Positions 62,641-64,000 of a stretch of 64,000 bases of DNA are shown here, piece after piece; the stretch's first letter is position 1, and each line of letters begins with the position of its first letter. Position numbers and translations under genes: made by a program. The stretch is taken from NCBI RefSeq assembly GCF_964204645.1, contig NC_134030.1, positions 17,878,210 through 17,942,209 of the forward strand, in the 5' to 3' direction. The DNA comes from Tubulanus polymorphus (Eukaryota; Animalia; Nemertea). The notes below the pieces were generated by a model. The model did not search any database and had not been told where the DNA came from. It saw only the letters and a program-made list of their open reading frames with translations.

Positions 62641-63860
62641 CTATCGATATCGGTTTAAGAAAGTAAAAAACATCAATTTTTGCACATGCATTAAGGAAAT
62701 TTATAAAATGATTTCGAGTGACGATTTTATTCACCGAATATCGTTCTTTTACTTACGCGCAAGTTTCCAAGAGAGTGGATAAATCCATCGCCCCCCTTGC
62801 CATATCGACGAACACAGTCCGTAACCTGCGCTGATCTTGTTTTTATCCCAAGTCCTTGGAGTAATAAGGTTTCAGTCTTATTACTCCAAGCCGAGTCTAA
62901 CCCTATTGGAGGACTGTTGACGGCGAGATTGCGACCCATACGAAGTGTTGGCGGCAGGCAACCACCCAGCAGGACTCGAAACCGCCTGCCATTCAATCCC
63001 TCTGATTAAACCCTTACCTTAAAAAAATATCAATCAAATATCAATAGTGCATGTTGTACATACCTACAGGACGGGTGCATGTATACACGACATATGACCT
63101 GTTATAGCACTCGTTGACTACGAGAGGTTTGAATGTGAAATCGCAATCGTTTTTCAATTCGCAATCACTTCTTGCTTTTCCCCACGTTGGGCTGAGCTGG
63201 TTGAATATATTGCGGGGCCAGGCCTGTAGAAAACCAATTTGTATTTGCAATTCAATTAACAAGGTATAGGTCGTCATCTGTGGAAGACGTGTCATAAGTC
63301 CCAATTAGATTTCTTACTTTTAATTAGATTAAATTCATTAAGTGCAAGCAATCATTTTGATAATTGATCTTCTTTCTAATTCAATCTATTAGATGTTATT
63401 CATGATTATGATAAGCTGTCACAGTGCGGAAGTCATTTTCTATTTTGAGTCTCAATTTGTATTCAAAATAATTCGATTTACTAAGTGTAAGTCGACATCT
63501 GCAATAGTTGGCAAGATAATTGTCGTTTAAACTGAGATGGCTTATGTTAGGTTTTATATTGGAGCTAGGGTACTATTACAAATAAAGAGATTATGATTTC
63601 AAAGAGGCGTTGCCTCATTTTTCAGCGTACAGTTCTCGGAACTGCTGGCGTCCTCCGGTCCAGACAGCCATTGTATCATATGGATTGGCATATCGTTCAG
63701 ACAGGAGAGAGATATTTGGTAGGGCGACGACGCCGCGGCATATACATCTAAAATAGAGACAATTATTGATGAAACACTGTGAGTCCGCGTTGTAAAGATA
63801 ATGTTAAATCCCTGCACACTAAGAATAAAAAGAGTCTGAAATGTTTCCTTGAGCTTGTGT

Positions 63861-63910
63861 AGTTTATTCAACGTTTCGACTATATCCTAATAGTCATCTT
63901 CAGGAATACT
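63861..63910 (-). ncRNA. Minimal type I hammerhead ribozyme (Penelope/retrozyme type)
   Basis: UAUUC-CUGAAGA-U-GACUAU(UAGGAU)AUAGUC-GAA-ACGU-U^GAAUA: stems I and II pair; palindromic stem III. Confidence 0.75.
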
Positions 63911-64000
63911 GATGTTATCCTTATTATAACCATTGATGAAACACTGTGAGCCCGTGTTGTGAAGATAGTATAAAATCCCTGTACTAGGAATAAAAACGTG

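Noticed and set aside
62960-62995. tRNA/SINE B-box-like GGTTTCGAGTCCTGC on the minus strand
   Set aside because: No cloverleaf or convincing A-box could be built

Overview
Eukaryotic genomic DNA (spliceosomal introns, GPCR genes, LINEs; probably a marine invertebrate, species not determinable from sequence alone). The dominant feature is a complete, very AT-rich Polinton/Maverick-type endogenous virus (4901-24375). It has AG...CT termini, ~575-bp near-identical TIRs and a 6-bp TSD (GAGACG/GAGACA). It encodes a protein-primed PolB, penton, major capsid, several membrane proteins, a packaging ATPase, an RVE integrase with chromodomain and an HNH/EndoVII-like nuclease; no adenain protease is recognisable. 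Three properties stand out. (1) Almost every viral gene starts in a poxvirus-late-promoter-like TAAATG, with two upstream motif classes. (2) The outer 406 bp of each TIR is itself a long palindrome, and a diverged relative lying head-to-head (about 3005-4807) keeps the same palindrome with covarying arms. (3) Another palindrome lies where the two transcription units converge. Together these suggest a virophage-like, hairpin-ended animal Polinton (inference). The host part holds a spliced 54-aa secreted cystine-knot (toxin-like) gene absent from the ORF track (26347-27105) and a 3-exon ~1912-aa CUB-CTLD-LDLa-LRR-7TM (GRL101-like) receptor whose first intron carries a full-length EnSpm/CACTA transposon. 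It also holds two CR1-group LINEs, an intronless class A GPCR, MITE/Helitron-like repeats and a minimal hammerhead ribozyme near the right edge.
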